The notes beneath the pieces were generated by a model. It was given only the letters and a program-made list of their open reading frames with translations. It made no database searches and was not told the DNA's origin. Positions 11,006 through 21,400 of a stretch of DNA of 64,000 nucleotides are shown piece by piece. Source of the stretch: an uncultured Actinomycetota bacterium (GTDB lineage Bacteria > Actinomycetota > Actinomycetes > CAVWCF01); NCBI GenBank assembly GCA_963753435.1, contig CAVWCF010000005.1, positions 32,001-96,000 on the forward strand, written 5' to 3'. Numbering within the stretch: the stretch's first letter is position 1; each line of letters starts with the position of its first letter. The position numbers and the translations under genes are program-made.

Positions 11006-11890
11006 ATGGTCGAGGTGCGCGTGCCGGCGAAGGTCAACTTGCAGTTGTCCGTCGGCGGCGCCGGTCCGGACGGCTACCACGACATCGCGACCGTGTTCCA
11101 GGCGGTCGCGGTCTACGACCACGTTGTGGCGCAGTCCGCCGATGGCGTGTCCGTAAAGGTCGAGGGGTCTGCCGACGTTCCCACGGGTCCGGACAACCTG
11201 GCCGTGCGCGCTGCGCAGGCTTTGGCCGACTACGCGGAGGTGCCTTGCGATGTCTCCTTGACGATTCGCAAGCAGATCCCGGTCGCGGCGGGGATGGCGG
11301 GGGGCAGCGCTGATGCGGCGGGCGCGTTGTTGGCCTGCGACGCGCTCTGGGGACTGCACACACCGCGCGACGAACTGGAGTCGCTGGCGGCCGGGCTCGG
11401 CGCAGACGTGCCGTTCGCACTGTTGGGCGGCACCGCCCTGGGCACCGGGCGCGGGGATCGATTGACCCCGGTACTGGCCGCCGGCAGCTATCACTGGGTC
11501 TTCGCCGTGAGCGACTTCGCGCTGTCGACCCCACTCGTGTATGCGGAGTTGGATCGGCTGCGGGAAGGGTCTGTGCTGCCCGAGCCGGCAGTGACCGACC
11601 GGATGCTGACGGCAGTTCGGCGTGGGGACGCCGTTGAGTTGGGCAAATGCCTGCGCAACGACATGCAGCGAGCGGCGGTGAGCCTGAGACCGCAGCTACA
11701 ACTGGTGCTGGAAGTGGCGGAGGAGTACGGAGCGCTTGGCTCGATCGTGTCCGGCTCGGGCCCAACCGTGGCCTGCTTGGCCCGCGATGAGGAACACGCC
11801 CTGGACCTGGCCGTGGCCCTTACCGCCAGTGGCGTCTGCCCCAAGGTGCTGCGCGCAACCGGCCCGGTCGGCGGTGCCCGCTTGGTCTGA
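11006..11890 (+). CDS. ispE: 4-diphosphocytidyl-2-C-methyl-D-erythritol kinase
   Basis: PAKVNL, KQIPVAAGMAGGSADAA and SGSGPT motifs. Confidence 0.96.
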   Translation: MVEVRVPAKVNLQLSVGGAGPDGYHDIATVFQAVAVYDHVVAQSADGVSVKVEGSADVPTGPDNLAVRAAQALADYAEVPCDVSLTIRKQIPVAAGMAGGSADAAGALLACDALWGLHTPRDELESLAAGLGADVPFALLGGTALGTGRGDRLTPVLAAGSYHWVFAVSDFALSTPLVYAELDRLREGSVLPEPAVTDRMLTAVRRGDAVELGKCLRNDMQRAAVSLRPQLQLVLEVAEEYGALGSIVSGSGPTVACLARDEEHALDLAVALTASGVCPKVLRATGPVGGARLV

Positions 11891-11931
11891 CCTTCGGGTC
11901 GATGCCCACGGCTGGACGCACCCGCCGCTGG

Positions 11932-12450
11932 CTACTGGTCCATCGCGTTGTCGAACGGCAGGACCAGCGTTCGCAGCCAGCCGGCCAGGGAGTCCTGCTG
12001 CGCTGGGGTCAGGACGCTGAGGATCTCCCGTTCCCGATCGAGCAGTGCGGACAAGGTGGCATCGACGCGCCGGCGGCCCGATGGCGTCAACCGGACCAGC
12101 ACCCCCCGGCGGTCGTGTGGGTCGGGCAGGCGTTCGACGAGTCCCTTGTCGGACAGCCGATCGATTCGGTGCGTCATCGTTCCGCTGGTCACCAAGGTGC
12201 GACTGAGCAGGGCACCGGGAGACATCTGGTGCGGCGGGCCATGGCGGCGAAGCGCGGTAAGCACATCGAACTCCCACGGCTCGATGTCGTGCTCGGTGAA
12301 GGTGGCGCGGCGGGCCAGGTCGAGGTGGCGCGCCAATCTGCCGACCCGGCTCAGCACCTGCAGGGGGGCCACGTCCAGATCCGGGCGCACCCGACCCCAA
12401 GCGGCGACCAACTCGTCCACCTCGTCGGTGGGCTCGGTCGACTCGCTCAT
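11932..12450 (-). CDS. MarR-family regulator, TamR/UrtR-like
   Basis: DEVDELVAAW.RVRPDLD N-terminal helix; EFDVLTALRR; SGTMT.RIDRL; DRRG. Confidence 0.88.
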   Translation of the reverse strand: MSESTEPTDEVDELVAAWGRVRPDLDVAPLQVLSRVGRLARHLDLARRATFTEHDIEPWEFDVLTALRRHGPPHQMSPGALLSRTLVTSGTMTHRIDRLSDKGLVERLPDPHDRRGVLVRLTPSGRRRVDATLSALLDREREILSVLTPAQQDSLAGWLRTLVLPFDNAMDQ

Positions 12451-12468
12451 GCGGCGAGCGTAGACCGT

Positions 12469-12486
12469 TATCTCGACATCGAGACT
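12469..12486. promoter_or_regulatory. TamR-like palindromic operator
   Basis: TCTCGA-CA-TCGAGA at 12471-12484, about 20 nt upstream of the MarR start. Confidence 0.65.
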
Positions 12487-12513
12487 CTTGATGCTGCTAC
12501 GGCACCGAGGCCG

Positions 12514-13167
12514 CTACTTGCGCCGAGGTCCCACCAGACGCGGCTTGGGCTCCAGGTGCGCTAGGCCGTTCCAGGCCAGGTTGACCAGGTGCGAGACGAC
12601 ATCGGGCTTGCGCGGCTTGCGCACGTCCAGCCACCACTCGCCCGTCAACGCCACCATGCCGACGAGCATCTGGCTGTACAGCGGCGCCTGCTTCTGGTCG
12701 AAGCCCCGCGCCTTGAACTCCGCCGACAGGAGGTGCTCCACGCGCGAGGCGATGTCGGAGATCAGCGATGCGAAGCTGCCAGCCTGCGAGCCGGTCGAGG
12801 AGTCGCGTACCAGGATCCGGAAGCCGTCGGAGTGCGACTCGATGTAGTCCAGCAGTGCGAACGCGGCGCGCTCCAGCAACTCGCGTGGATGCGTCGCGGC
12901 GTCGCGGTCGGTGCCGGTCAGCGCTTCGGTGACGCCGCTGAGCAACGTGGACATCTCCCGGTCCACGACGACGGCGTATAGGCCTTCCTTACCGCCGAAG
13001 TGTTCGTAGACCACCGGTTTGGAGACGCTCGCCTCGGCAGCGATCTCCTCCACGGAGGTGCCGTCGAAGCCTTTCTCGGCGAACAGGCGCCTGCCGACGT
13101 CGACCAGTTGGGCGCGCCGCTGGGCGCCGGTCATGCGCCCCTTGGGGGCCGAAGGCTGGTCGGTCAC
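12514..13167 (-). CDS. TetR-family regulator (Rv1019-like)
   Basis: RMTG.QRR.QL; TSVEEIA...VSKPVVYEHFGGKEGLY helix-turn-helix. Confidence 0.92.
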   Translation of the reverse strand: MTDQPSAPKGRMTGAQRRAQLVDVGRRLFAEKGFDGTSVEEIAAEASVSKPVVYEHFGGKEGLYAVVVDREMSTLLSGVTEALTGTDRDAATHPRELLERAAFALLDYIESHSDGFRILVRDSSTGSQAGSFASLISDIASRVEHLLSAEFKARGFDQKQAPLYSQMLVGMVALTGEWWLDVRKPRKPDVVSHLVNLAWNGLAHLEPKPRLVGPRRK

Positions 13168-13192
13168 GCCGGCATTGTCCATGCCGGGCGGC

Positions 13193-14152
13193 TCACTTGG
13201 GCAATCGAGCGATGATGCGGGGGTCGTCGGTGGCCAGCCGGGAGATCAGGCGTTCGCGCTTGGGCCAGCGCACGTCCCAGGCCCAACCCGCCCGCTCGGC
13301 CTGCTTGATGGCCCAGGCGGACACGTCCACCTGCCCTTTGAGCACGCCGTGGCGGGCGCAGGTCGGGTCGGCATGGTGCAGGTTGTGCCACGACTCGCCC
13401 AGGCTCGGGAGGGCCAACCACCACACGTTGCCGGACTCGTCGCGGCTCTTGAACGGGTGCTTGCCGAACACATGGCAGACGGAGTTGATGCTCCAGGTGA
13501 TGTGGTGAACCAACGCAACGCGAACCAGCGACGCCCAGAAGAGGGCGGTCAGCGCGCCGGCCCAGGACCAGGTCAGCAGGCCGCCGAGCACTCCCGGCAG
13601 CAACAAGGTGATGAGCACGATGCGCGGGAACCACTTGGAGATGGTCATCACATCGCGGTCCTGCAACAGGTCGGGGGCGTACTGCTGCCGACTGGTCTGC
13701 TCCATGTCGAAGAGCCAGCCGATGTGGGCGTAGAAGAGGCCCTTGGTCAGGCCCCACGTGGAGTCGCCGTAGCGCCAAGGGGAGTGCGGGTCACCGTCGG
13801 CGTCGGAGAAGGCGTGGTGCTTGCGGTGGTCGGCCACCCAACGCACGATCGGACCTTCCACTGCCGCCGATCCGGACACGCCCAGCACGATCGTGAGCCA
13901 GCGGTTGGCCTTGAAGGATCCGTGGGTGAAGTAGCGGTGGTAGCCGATCGTGATGCCGGCGGCCGGGATCACGTAGAAGATCGCGGTGAGGATCACGTCG
14001 GTCCAGGACAGCCAGCCGCCCCAGGCCACGGGCACGGCCGCGGCCACGGCCAGCAGCGGTACTGCGATGAAGACGGTCAGCAGAACCTGCTCCGCGACCG
14101 ACTTGCGTTCGGACTCGAACTGCGGCCGTGAGGTGCGGGTGGTGACTGTCAT
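13193..14152 (-). CDS. Membrane acyl-CoA (delta-9 type) fatty-acid desaturase
   Basis: His boxes HRYFTH, HRKHH and HNLHH; DPHSPW. Confidence 0.93.
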   Translation of the reverse strand: MTVTTRTSRPQFESERKSVAEQVLLTVFIAVPLLAVAAAVPVAWGGWLSWTDVILTAIFYVIPAAGITIGYHRYFTHGSFKANRWLTIVLGVSGSAAVEGPIVRWVADHRKHHAFSDADGDPHSPWRYGDSTWGLTKGLFYAHIGWLFDMEQTSRQQYAPDLLQDRDVMTISKWFPRIVLITLLLPGVLGGLLTWSWAGALTALFWASLVRVALVHHITWSINSVCHVFGKHPFKSRDESGNVWWLALPSLGESWHNLHHADPTCARHGVLKGQVDVSAWAIKQAERAGWAWDVRWPKRERLISRLATDDPRIIARLPK

Positions 14153-14206
14153 GTACGGCTCCTGCCTTGGTGTTCGGCGGTACGGCTGACCGCCGGTGGT
14201 ACTTGG

Positions 14207-14235
14207 CTACGGAACCGTAACCTACGCAACCGTAG
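14207..14235. promoter_or_regulatory. Tandem palindromic operator upstream of the desaturase
   Basis: CTACGGAACCGTAA followed by CTACGCAACCGTAG at a 15-bp period. Confidence 0.6.
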
Positions 14236-14350
14236 GAAGCAAGGCACCCGGCGGAACAGATGCACTGAGGGGGACGGCGACTGCAGCGGACGTGCTGGCA
14301 GGCGTGGGCATTCGGGATCGCCGTGGACAGTCCGTACCCTCACTGCCTGG

Positions 14351-14424
14351 TCCCGGATCGTCTAATGGCAGGACAGCGGGTTTTGGTCCCGCGAATGGGG
14401 GTTCGAATCCTCCTCCGGGAGCCA
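14351..14424 (+). tRNA. tRNA-Gln(TTG)
   Basis: TCCCGGA/TCCGGGA acceptor stem; GCGGG-TT TTG GT-CCCGC anticodon arm; TTCGAAT; encoded CCA; usual position before glmU. Confidence 0.96.
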
Positions 14425-14492
14425 CACCGCTGGGGGGCTATCCTCGCGGCCGTCCGCTTCCCCGGCCAGGTTCCAGCGTCGGAGGCTCAAAG

Positions 14493-15978
14493 GTGTCAGC
14501 CACTATCGCTCCGGCCGCCGTCATCGTCCTGGCCGCGGGCGAGGGCAAGCGGATGAAATCGGCAACGCCCAAGGTGCTGCACCAGATCGCCGGTCGCAGC
14601 CTCGTCGCCCACGTGCTGACCGCCGCGGGTGGACTCCAGGCCACGCGCACCGTCGTGGTCGTCGGACACGGCCGTGAGCAGGTGAGCGAGCACCTCGCGG
14701 AACATTTCCCGGATGTCGAGACCGTCGTTCAGTCGGAGCAGAACGGCACTGGGCATGCGGTCCGACTGGCCCTCGCAGCGCTCGGGCCGGAGATCTCCGG
14801 AACCGTGGTGATCCTGGCGGGGGACACCCCGCTGATCGCCGGTAGCACCCTGCAGTCGCTGTTGGTCCGGCACCAGGACCACGCCGCTGCCGCCACGGTG
14901 CTGACTGCCGTGCTCGAGGACGCCAGCGGCTACGGCCGCGTCGTGCGCGGGGCAGATGGTCTCGTCACGGGCATCGTCGAGCACCGCGACGCCAGCGCGG
15001 AGCAACTGACGATCACCGAGATCAACAGCGGCGTGTACGCCTTCGAGGCGACCGACCTGCGCTCTGCTTTGGAGCGGCTTGGGACCGACAACGACCAGGG
15101 CGAGGAGTACCTCACCGACGCGATCGCCACCCTGCGAGCCGACGACCGCCGGGTCGCGGCCGAACCCGTGGCCGTCGCCGACGAGGTCCTCGGCGTGAAC
15201 GACCGCGTGCAACTTGCTCAGGTGGCTGCCTTGTACCGCGATCGCCTGCTGCAACGGTGGATGCGCGAGGGCGTGACGGTCATCGATCCGTCCTCAGTCT
15301 GGATCGACGCGGACGTGACGTTGGCGCCTGATGTGCTCATCCAGCCGGACGTGCAGTTGCTTGGTGCCACCGACGTAGCGTCCGGGGCGGCAATCGGTCC
15401 TCGTTGCACCCTCACCGACACCGAGGTCGGCGAAGGCGCCTCGGTCATCGACACGTTCGCCATGCTGGCGCGGGTCGGCGCCGGGGCGTCGGTGGGCCCG
15501 TTCACCTACCTGCGGCCGGGTGCCGACGTGGGCCCCGGTGCCAAGGCCGGCGCTTATGTGGAGATCAAGAACTCGGTGGTGGGGGCCGGGGCCAAGGTGC
15601 CGCACCTGTCCTACGTGGGCGACGCCGACATCGGTGCCGGGCGCCAACATCGGCGCGGCGACGGTCTTCGTGAACTACGACGGCATCGCCAAGCACCGCA
15701 CGACCGTCGGCGAGCACGCGCGGGTGGGCAGCGACACCATGCTCGTCGCCCCCGTAACCATCGGTCCGGGCGCCTACACGGCGGCTGGTTCGGTAATCAC
15801 CGAGGACGTCCCACCAGGTGCCATCGGCGTGGGGCGGGCCAGGCAACGAACCATCCCCGGGTGGGTGCAGCGCAAACGGGCTGGGACCAAATCGGCCGAG
15901 GCCGCCGCACGGGCTGCGGAGTCATCGGACAATGCAGAGTCGTCGGACAACGAAGCGAACCGAAAGGCCGGGGGTTAG
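14493..15978 (+). CDS. glmU: Bifunctional GlmU; frameshifted at about 15639-15641 (one extra G, probable sequence error)
   Basis: [16 protein letters not shown]; GEEYLTD; hexapeptide repeats; [11 protein letters not shown] continues as [15 protein letters not shown] in the +1 frame to TAG 15978. Confidence 0.93.
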
Positions 15979-15980
15979 GT

Positions 15981-16958
15981 ATGTCGGGGATCAAGTCTTC
16001 GCCCAGCAAGCAGTTGATGCTGTTCACCGGGCGGGCCCATCACGCCTTGGCCGAGGCGGTCGCGACCGAACTGGGCACCGAGGTCGTGCCCACGAGTGCC
16101 TACGACTTCGCCAACGGCGAGATATTCATCCGCTTCGAGGAGTCGGTGCGCGGGTCGGACGCCTTCGTCATCCAGACACACTGCGCGCCCATCAACAAGT
16201 CGATCATGGAGCACCTGATCATGGTCGATGCCCTGAAGCGCGCCTCCGCCAAGCGCATCACCGTCGTAGCCCCCTTCTACGGGTACGCCCGGCAGGACAA
16301 GAAGCACCGGGGTCGTGAACCGATCTCGGCGCGGCTGGTGGCAGACCTGTTCAAGACCGCCGGTGCCGACCGCCTGATGGCCGTGGACCTGCACACCTCG
16401 CAGATCCAGGGCTTCTTTGACGGCCCCGTCGATCACCTGTTCGCGCTGCCGTTGCTGGCCGAGCACGTTCGGCACCGCACCGACGTTGACCGGCTGACCA
16501 TCGTTTCCCCGGATGCCGGTCGCGTGCGCGTTGCCGAACGTTGGACCGACCTGCTGGGTGCGCCGTTGGCGATCATCCACAAGCGCCGCGACCCCAACGT
16601 GGCCAACCAGGTCACCGTTAACGAAGTTGTCGGTGACGTCGCCGGGCGCATCTGCGTGCTGGTCGACGACATGATCGACACCGGCGGCACGATCACGAAG
16701 GCTGCTGACGCGCTGTTCGACAACGGCGCGGCGGAGGTAATCGTCACGGCCACGCACGGCGTCTTCAGCCCGCCGGCGGTCGACCGGCTCAAGAACAGCC
16801 GCATCTCCGAGGTGGTCGTCACCGACACCCTGCCCATTTCGGAGGAGTGCCAGTTCGACAAGTTGACGGTGCTGCCGATCGCGCCTCTGCTGGCCCGCGC
16901 CGTTCGTGAGGTGTTCGAGGACGGCTCGGTGACGTCCCTGTTCGACGGCCACGCCTGA
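15981..16958 (+). CDS. prs: Ribose-phosphate pyrophosphokinase
   Basis: FANGE, YARQDKK, DLH..QIQGFF and [10 protein letters not shown] motifs. Confidence 0.97.
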   Translation: MSGIKSSPSKQLMLFTGRAHHALAEAVATELGTEVVPTSAYDFANGEIFIRFEESVRGSDAFVIQTHCAPINKSIMEHLIMVDALKRASAKRITVVAPFYGYARQDKKHRGREPISARLVADLFKTAGADRLMAVDLHTSQIQGFFDGPVDHLFALPLLAEHVRHRTDVDRLTIVSPDAGRVRVAERWTDLLGAPLAIIHKRRDPNVANQVTVNEVVGDVAGRICVLVDDMIDTGGTITKAADALFDNGAAEVIVTATHGVFSPPAVDRLKNSRISEVVVTDTLPISEECQFDKLTVLPIAPLLARAVREVFEDGSVTSLFDGHA

Positions 16959-16985
16959 GCGTTAAGCGACGCCGCGCTCCGCTGG

Positions 16986-17066
16986 TAGCATTCGCAGTCC
17001 CTCGGCGAGGGTGGCCAGCAGGCCCCGTGATCGACGCGGCGGTCGCTGTTCGGCGCCCCACTGAGG
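16986..17066 (+). promoter_or_regulatory. Putative rplY promoter and structured 5' leader
   Basis: TAGCAT -10 at 16986; CCTCGG(17000)/CTGAGG(17061) closing helix enclosing CGAGGG...CCGTGATCGACG. Confidence 0.4.
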
Positions 17067-17150
17067 CCACCGACCGCCAACCAGGCTGCAACTTCGATTC
17101 ACGCAGCTGCACGACCCGACACGTACCGTCCCAGCCCCGAGGAGTCAGTC

Positions 17151-17786
17151 ATGGCCGAGATCAGCATCGCTGCTGAGCAGCGCAACGAGTTCGGCAAGGG
17201 CGCTGCCCGCCGCCTGCGTCGTGACCGCAAGGTCCCTGCTGTCCTGTACGGCCACGAGGCGGACGTCGTGCACTTGTCGTTGCCCGGCCACGAGCTGACC
17301 CAGGCCCTGCGGACTCCGAACGTGCTGCTCAGCCTGCAGTTGTCCGGTGGTGCCCAGCTGGCACTGCCCAAGGCGATCCAGCGTCACCCGGTCCGCCGCG
17401 ACATCGAGCACGTCGACCTGGTCATCGTCCGCCGCGGCGAGAAGGTGACCGTGGAGATCCCCATCCACACCACCGGCGCGACGCTCGGCGGCGGTGTCAT
17501 CGACGTCGTCGTGACCGCCCTGGCGGTCGAGGCCGAGGCCACGCACATCCCCGCAGAGATCGTGATCGACGTTGACAAGGCCGAGGCCGGCTTCCACGTC
17601 AACGCTGGTGACATCGAGCTTCCCGAAGGTGTTTCGCTGGCGCTGGAGCCGGACACGCTGGTCGTGCACGTCATCGCGCCGCAGGCCGAAGAGGCGGCCG
17701 CGCCCGCCACCGAGCCCATCGTGGGCGAGGTGCCTGAGGTCGGCGAGGAAACGGCCGAAGCGGCCGAGAACACCGACGAGTCCTGA
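17151..17786 (+). CDS. rplY: 50S ribosomal protein L25/Ctc
   Basis: FGKGAARRLRR...VPAVLYGH; QRHPV...EHVD; GAGGAG RBS. Confidence 0.96.
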   Translation: MAEISIAAEQRNEFGKGAARRLRRDRKVPAVLYGHEADVVHLSLPGHELTQALRTPNVLLSLQLSGGAQLALPKAIQRHPVRRDIEHVDLVIVRRGEKVTVEIPIHTTGATLGGGVIDVVVTALAVEAEATHIPAEIVIDVDKAEAGFHVNAGDIELPEGVSLALEPDTLVVHVIAPQAEEAAAPATEPIVGEVPEVGEETAEAAENTDES

Positions 17787-17791
17787 CCCAT

Positions 17792-18367
17792 ATGGCCGGC
17801 GATTGGCTGGTCATCGGTCTGGGCAACCCCGGGCCGGAGTACGCAGGTACCCGGCACAACGTTGGCGCCATGGTCGTCGACGTCCTGTCGGCCCGGTTGG
17901 GTGCGCGGTTTCGCAGTCACCGGGCGCGTGCCGATGTCGCCGAGGGGCGACTTGTTCCTGGCGGTCCAAAACTGGTGTTGGCCAAGCCGCGCACCTACAT
18001 GAACGAGTCGGGCGGCCCGGTTGCCGGGCTGGCCGGCTTCTTCAAGATCCCGCTGGAGCGGCTCGTTGTGATTCACGACGAGCTGGATCTACCGGCTGGA
18101 TCGATGCGGATCAAGGCGGGCGGCGGAGACAACGGCCACAACGGACTGAAGTCGCTGCGGCGCAGCCTGGGCAGCGGTGAGTTCCTGCGGTTGCGGTTCG
18201 GAATCGGGCGGCCGCCCGGGAGCATGGACCCGGCTGCCTTCGTCCTGCGTCCGTTTGCCAAGGCCGAGCGTGAGGCACTGCCGGTGGAATTGGAGCGCGC
18301 CGCCGACGCGGTTGGCGCATTGACCAGCGAGGGTCTGGAACGAGCCCAGAACGAGTACAACGACTAG
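17792..18367 (+). CDS. pth: Peptidyl-tRNA hydrolase
   Basis: GLGNPG..Y..TRHNVG, YMNESG, HDELD and GHNGLKS motifs. Confidence 0.97.
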   Translation: MAGDWLVIGLGNPGPEYAGTRHNVGAMVVDVLSARLGARFRSHRARADVAEGRLVPGGPKLVLAKPRTYMNESGGPVAGLAGFFKIPLERLVVIHDELDLPAGSMRIKAGGGDNGHNGLKSLRRSLGSGEFLRLRFGIGRPPGSMDPAAFVLRPFAKAEREALPVELERAADAVGALTSEGLERAQNEYND

Positions 18368-18436
18368 GGGTCTGACCGGTAGACATTCGCCAACGAGGCA
18401 CCTGACGACAGAAGACGTGACGAGTCTGGAGGCGAC

Positions 18437-21400
18437 GTGAGCCTGGCCGGCCTGCTCGCACTGCTGCGCTCGGACGCCGGAATCGAGGCCGCGCTGACGG
18501 CGGCCGCCCAGCGCCGGCCGTCTCTCGCCCTGGCCGCGGCCGCCGGTGTGCGGCCGTTCCTCCTCGCCACGTTGACGGCGGAACGCCCGGTCCTGCTGAT
18601 AACCGCCACCAGCCGGGACGCGGAGGACGCTGCCACCGACCTGCGCGTGCTGCTGCCGCCGGAGTCGGTCCTGGACTTCCCGGCCTGGGAGACCTTGCCC
18701 CATGAGCGGCTGTCGCCGCGCTCGGACACGGTCGGCGTGCGGCTGGCAGCGCTGCGCCGGCTCGCCCACCCCGAAGACGACCCGGGGCTATCGCCGATCC
18801 GTGTCGTCGTGGCACCGGTTCGCAGCCTGCTGCAGCCGCTGCTGCGGGGTTTGGGCGATGTGCTTCCGGTGCGACTCAGCCCCGGCGCAGACATGGAACT
18901 GGACGCCCTGATCGAGCGGCTCGTCGAGATCGGGTACGTGCGAGCCGACATGGTCGGTCGCCGTGGTGAGTTTGCGGTTCGTGGCGGGATCGTTGACGTC
19001 TTTGCGCCCACCGACGAGCATCCCGTGCGCATCGAGTTCTTCGGCGACACCGTCGAGGAGATCCGCAGCTTCCGCGTCTCCGATCAGCGGTCCCTGCAAG
19101 CCCAGTCCAGATTCACCGCGCCTCCTTGTCGTGAGTTGCTGCTGACCGACGAGGTGCGTGACCGGGCGGCCCAACTGGCTGAAGCGGTGCCGGCGATGAG
19201 CGAAGTGTTCGCCCCCATCGCCGACGGGGTGGCCGTGGAAGGAATGGAATCGCTCGGTCCGGTCCTCAACCCGGGCGGCGCCGAGACGCTGGCGGACGTC
19301 ATGCCTGCCGACACGCTGGTCCTGCTCCAGGACCCCGAGCGCATCCGGCGCCGTTCTGCGGACCTGGTGGCTACCAGCGCGGAGTTCCTGACTGCGAGTT
19401 GGGCAGCGGCGGCCGTCGGCGCCGCGGCGCCCTTGGACCTCGGGTCCACCGTTTACCGGGACCTGGACGAATTGCGGCAGCACGTGCTGGCAACCGGTCG
19501 TGGCTGGTGGGTCACCGGCACCATCGGGGCGGGCTTGGATCTGGCCCCCGCCGACGAAGAGAGTTCCGAAGGCTCCATCCGGATCGACGTGCAACCGGCG
19601 CAGGAGTATCGCGGCGACACCGACAAGGCACTCAGCGAAATCGGGGATCAGTTGCGGGCCGGCTGGCGGGTGGTCCTCCTCACTCCGGGGCACGGCCCGG
19701 CGCAACGGCTCGTGGAGCGGCTGGCTGAGGTGGAGGTTCCGGCGCGCTTGGACCCGGACCTCGCCGACCCCCCGACCGGCTCGGTTGTGCACGTCACGAC
19801 GGCAGCGTTGGAGCACGGCTTGCGGGCGCCGGCGCAGAAGTTGCTGGTGCTGAGCGAGGCGGATCTCGTGGGGCAGCGCAGCAGTACCAAGGACATGCGT
19901 CGCCTGCCGTCGCGTCGGCGAGCCATCGATCCGCTGCAACTGACCGCCGGCGACCCGGTGGTGCACGAGCAGCACGGGGTCGGCCGCTACGTGGAGATGT
20001 TGCAGCGCGAAGTCGGCGGGGCGACGCGGGAGTACCTGGTCATCGAATACGCGCCCGCCCGTCGCGGCGCTCCGCCGGACCGGCTGTTTGTGCCTACGGA
20101 TCAGTTGGACCAGGTCACCCGGTATGTCGGTGGCGAGGCGCCGACGCTGCACCGACTCGGAGGTGCGGATTGGGCCAAGGCCAAGGGCCGCGCCCGCAAG
20201 GCGGTTCGTGACATCGCCGCGCACCTGATTCAGCTGTACTCCGCGCGGCAGGCGGCACCCGGGTTCGCCTTCGGGCCGGATACCCCATGGCAAGCCGAGT
20301 TGGAGGACGCGTTTGCGTATGTCGAGACGCCGGACCAGTCGTCGGCGATCGACGAGGTCAAGGAAGACATGCGCAAGTCGGTCCCCATGGACCGCCTGAT
20401 CTGCGGCGACGTTGGCTATGGAAAGACCGAGATCGCAGTACGGGCCGCGTTCAAGGCAGTGCAGGACGGCAAGCAGGTTGCGGTCCTGGTGCCTACGACG
20501 CTGCTGGTCCAGCAGCACTCCTCGACGTTCGCCGAGCGGTACGCGAACTTCCCGGTCCGGATCGCGCGGTTGAGCCGGTTCGAGTCGGAGAAGGAGACCC
20601 GCGCCGTGCTGGCCGGGCTTGCCGACGGGTCGATCGACGTGGTCATCGGCACTCATCGGCTGCTCGGTGACAAGGTCCGTTTCAAGGATCTGGGTCTGGT
20701 CATTGTCGATGAGGAGCAGCGGTTCGGGGTCGAACACAAGGAAGCCCTCAAGCGGATGCGCACCCACGTGGACGTGCTGGCGATGTCGGCGACGCCGATC
20801 CCACGCACCTTGGAGATGGCTGTGACCGGGATCCGGGAAATGAGCGTCATCGCCACGCCCCCGGAGGAACGACACCCGGTTCTGACCTTCGTCGGGCCTT
20901 TCGACGATCGGCAGATCGCCGCGGCGATCCGGCGCGAGCTGCTCCGCGACGGCCAGGTCTTCTATGTGCACAACCGCGTTGAGTCCATCGACAAGGCGGC
21001 GGCTCGGCTGGCGGATCTGGTGCCGGAGGCCCGCATTCGGGTCGCCCACGGTCAAATGAGTGAGGCAGCCCTGGAGCAGGTGATCCTGGACTTCTGGGAG
21101 CGGCAGTTCGATGTGCTGGTGAGCACGACGATCGTGGAAAGCGGACTGGACATCGCCAATGCCAACACGCTCATCGTGGAGCGCGCTGACGCCATGGGGC
21201 TGTCGCAACTGCACCAGTTGCGCGGCCGGGTCGGCCGTGGCCGGGAGCGGGCATACGCGTACTTCCTGTATCCGCCCGAGCGACCATTGACCGAAACCGC
21301 CCACGACCGACTTGCCACTATCGCGCAGCACAACGAGTTGGGGGCGGGGATGCACGTGGCGATGAAGGACCTGGAGATCCGCGGCGCCGGCAACCTGCTC

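Noticed and set aside
14196-16958. 920-aa ORF as a genuine GlmU-Prs fusion with a long N-terminal extension
   Set aside because: The extension runs across tRNA-Gln, and the junction is out-of-frame glmU sequence explained by one extra base.
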